From Lama guanicoe (Eukaryota), in the NCBI GenBank assembly GCA_013239625.1, contig MU053379.1, positions 3,330,866 to 3,394,865 on the forward strand: DNA of 64,000 bases, in the 5' to 3' direction. Shown here piece after piece: positions 63,001 through 64,000 of the stretch; position 1 is the first letter of the stretch, and each line of letters opens with the position of its first letter. The translations under genes were made by a program, and so were the position numbers. Below the pieces are notes generated by a model. The model was not told the origin of the DNA. It saw only the letters and a program-made list of their open reading frames with translations, and did no database searches.

Positions 63001-64000
63001 GCTGTTCCTCTGCAACTCCACTCTGCCCTCGCACCTCACAGGACGGGAGGTGGGGCAGGCGACGGGCCTGGGTTTTGCCAGCCTTTACTACTTGGGTCAG
63101 GGCAGCCACATCCCAGACAAAGGCGCCAGGGCCCTGCTTGGAGAGGGGCCCCAGGAGGTTCAAGGACCGAGTGCCGGTGCGGAGCCGCGGTTGGGAAGGG
63201 CGTCAGAGCGGGCGGGTGGGGGGAGCTTTCTCCCTCCAAACTCCTGTACCATTGAAAGCAGACTCAGCAGCCTTGACGGGCAGCCCGTGAAAGGGTCCAC
63301 ATCCTTCAAGAAGGAACCAGCGTGGAAGGTGTGCGGGGCCTGCCTTCTGGGCACGTGGCCCCTGTGCTGGCTAGCTCCCTCCCAGTCTTCCCTCCGGGGC
63401 TCAGACCAGTAACGAGACAGTCTTATATTTGAACGGCATACGGACTCCCCCTGTCTGAAATCACCTCACAACCACTAGCTTGATATTTTTCACAAAAATC
63501 CTCTCCTGAAAATAAATAGCACGTGTTTCCCTGGTTTCTGAGAAGCTGAGGGCTGGCTCCCTGGAGTCAGAGGATTTACCTGAGGCAGTGGACAGAGGCC
63601 ACCCCAGCTCCGGCCACCAGGAGACTTGGTTTGTCAAGGAGCTGCTTTTTTTTCCCTTTCTTTCTTTTTAAAAAAGCTCTTTCTATCTTTGCTACCTTTT
63701 CCTTGACCAAACAAATTTAACTGAATGTGGAAATGGCAGAAGGTCACTAAGGCCTGGCCTTGTGTCCTGAGAGCTAAAACACTGTTTGGTTGATCTCTAG
63801 GAAATAAAAACAAAACGGCATTTTTACCTCTTGGACAGAGCTCCTTTACCTTTCTAGAATTCAGACACTCCATCTCTGATTTTATTAATACCTTCTCCGC
63901 GCTCCCAGAGTCACGTGATGAGGAGTCTGAGGTGGCGGCTGGGGAGTGGCGGGACGCCGCCCCGCTGAGACCCGCGGCCGGAGACACCGCCTGTCCTGGG

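Noticed and set aside
1..64000. A novel prokaryote-style system (CRISPR array, operon, defence island, prophage)
   Set aside because: The sequence is spliced mammalian DNA with LINE/SINE/LTR repeats; there are no regularly spaced repeats and no dense gene-length ORFs.
54912..64000. Next KIZ exon (recalled ETEAYQLLKK...)
   Set aside because: Not found by eye; probably lies beyond the window.

Overview
Mammalian nuclear DNA, most likely a camelid (alpaca, llama or camel), judged from tRNA-derived camelid-type SINEs and young cetartiodactyl-type L1 3' ends. The whole window lies inside the + strand gene KIZ (kizuna centrosomal protein, PLK1S1). Six coding exons match human KIZ as I recall it (about human exons 4-9: 2856-2948, 16246-16891, 17268-17583, 46265-46412, 53849-54014, 54846-54911). 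They have GT-AG boundaries and join in compatible phases; the start and stop codons lie outside the window. A seventh frame-preserving 114-nt candidate exon (39685-39798) and a 54-nt extension of the following exon are absent from the human protein as I remember it, and are the most interesting coding observations. The introns hold nested, mostly antisense L1s, MLT1 (MaLR) solo LTRs, a Tigger1 derivative, MIR/L2 remnants, SINEs and several non-repetitive, motif-dense candidate enhancers. GC and CpG content rise from left to right. I found no prokaryote-type system (CRISPR, operon, phage) and no evidence of a wholly new biological system. Repeat family names and human comparisons come from memory and need RepeatMasker/BLAST confirmation.
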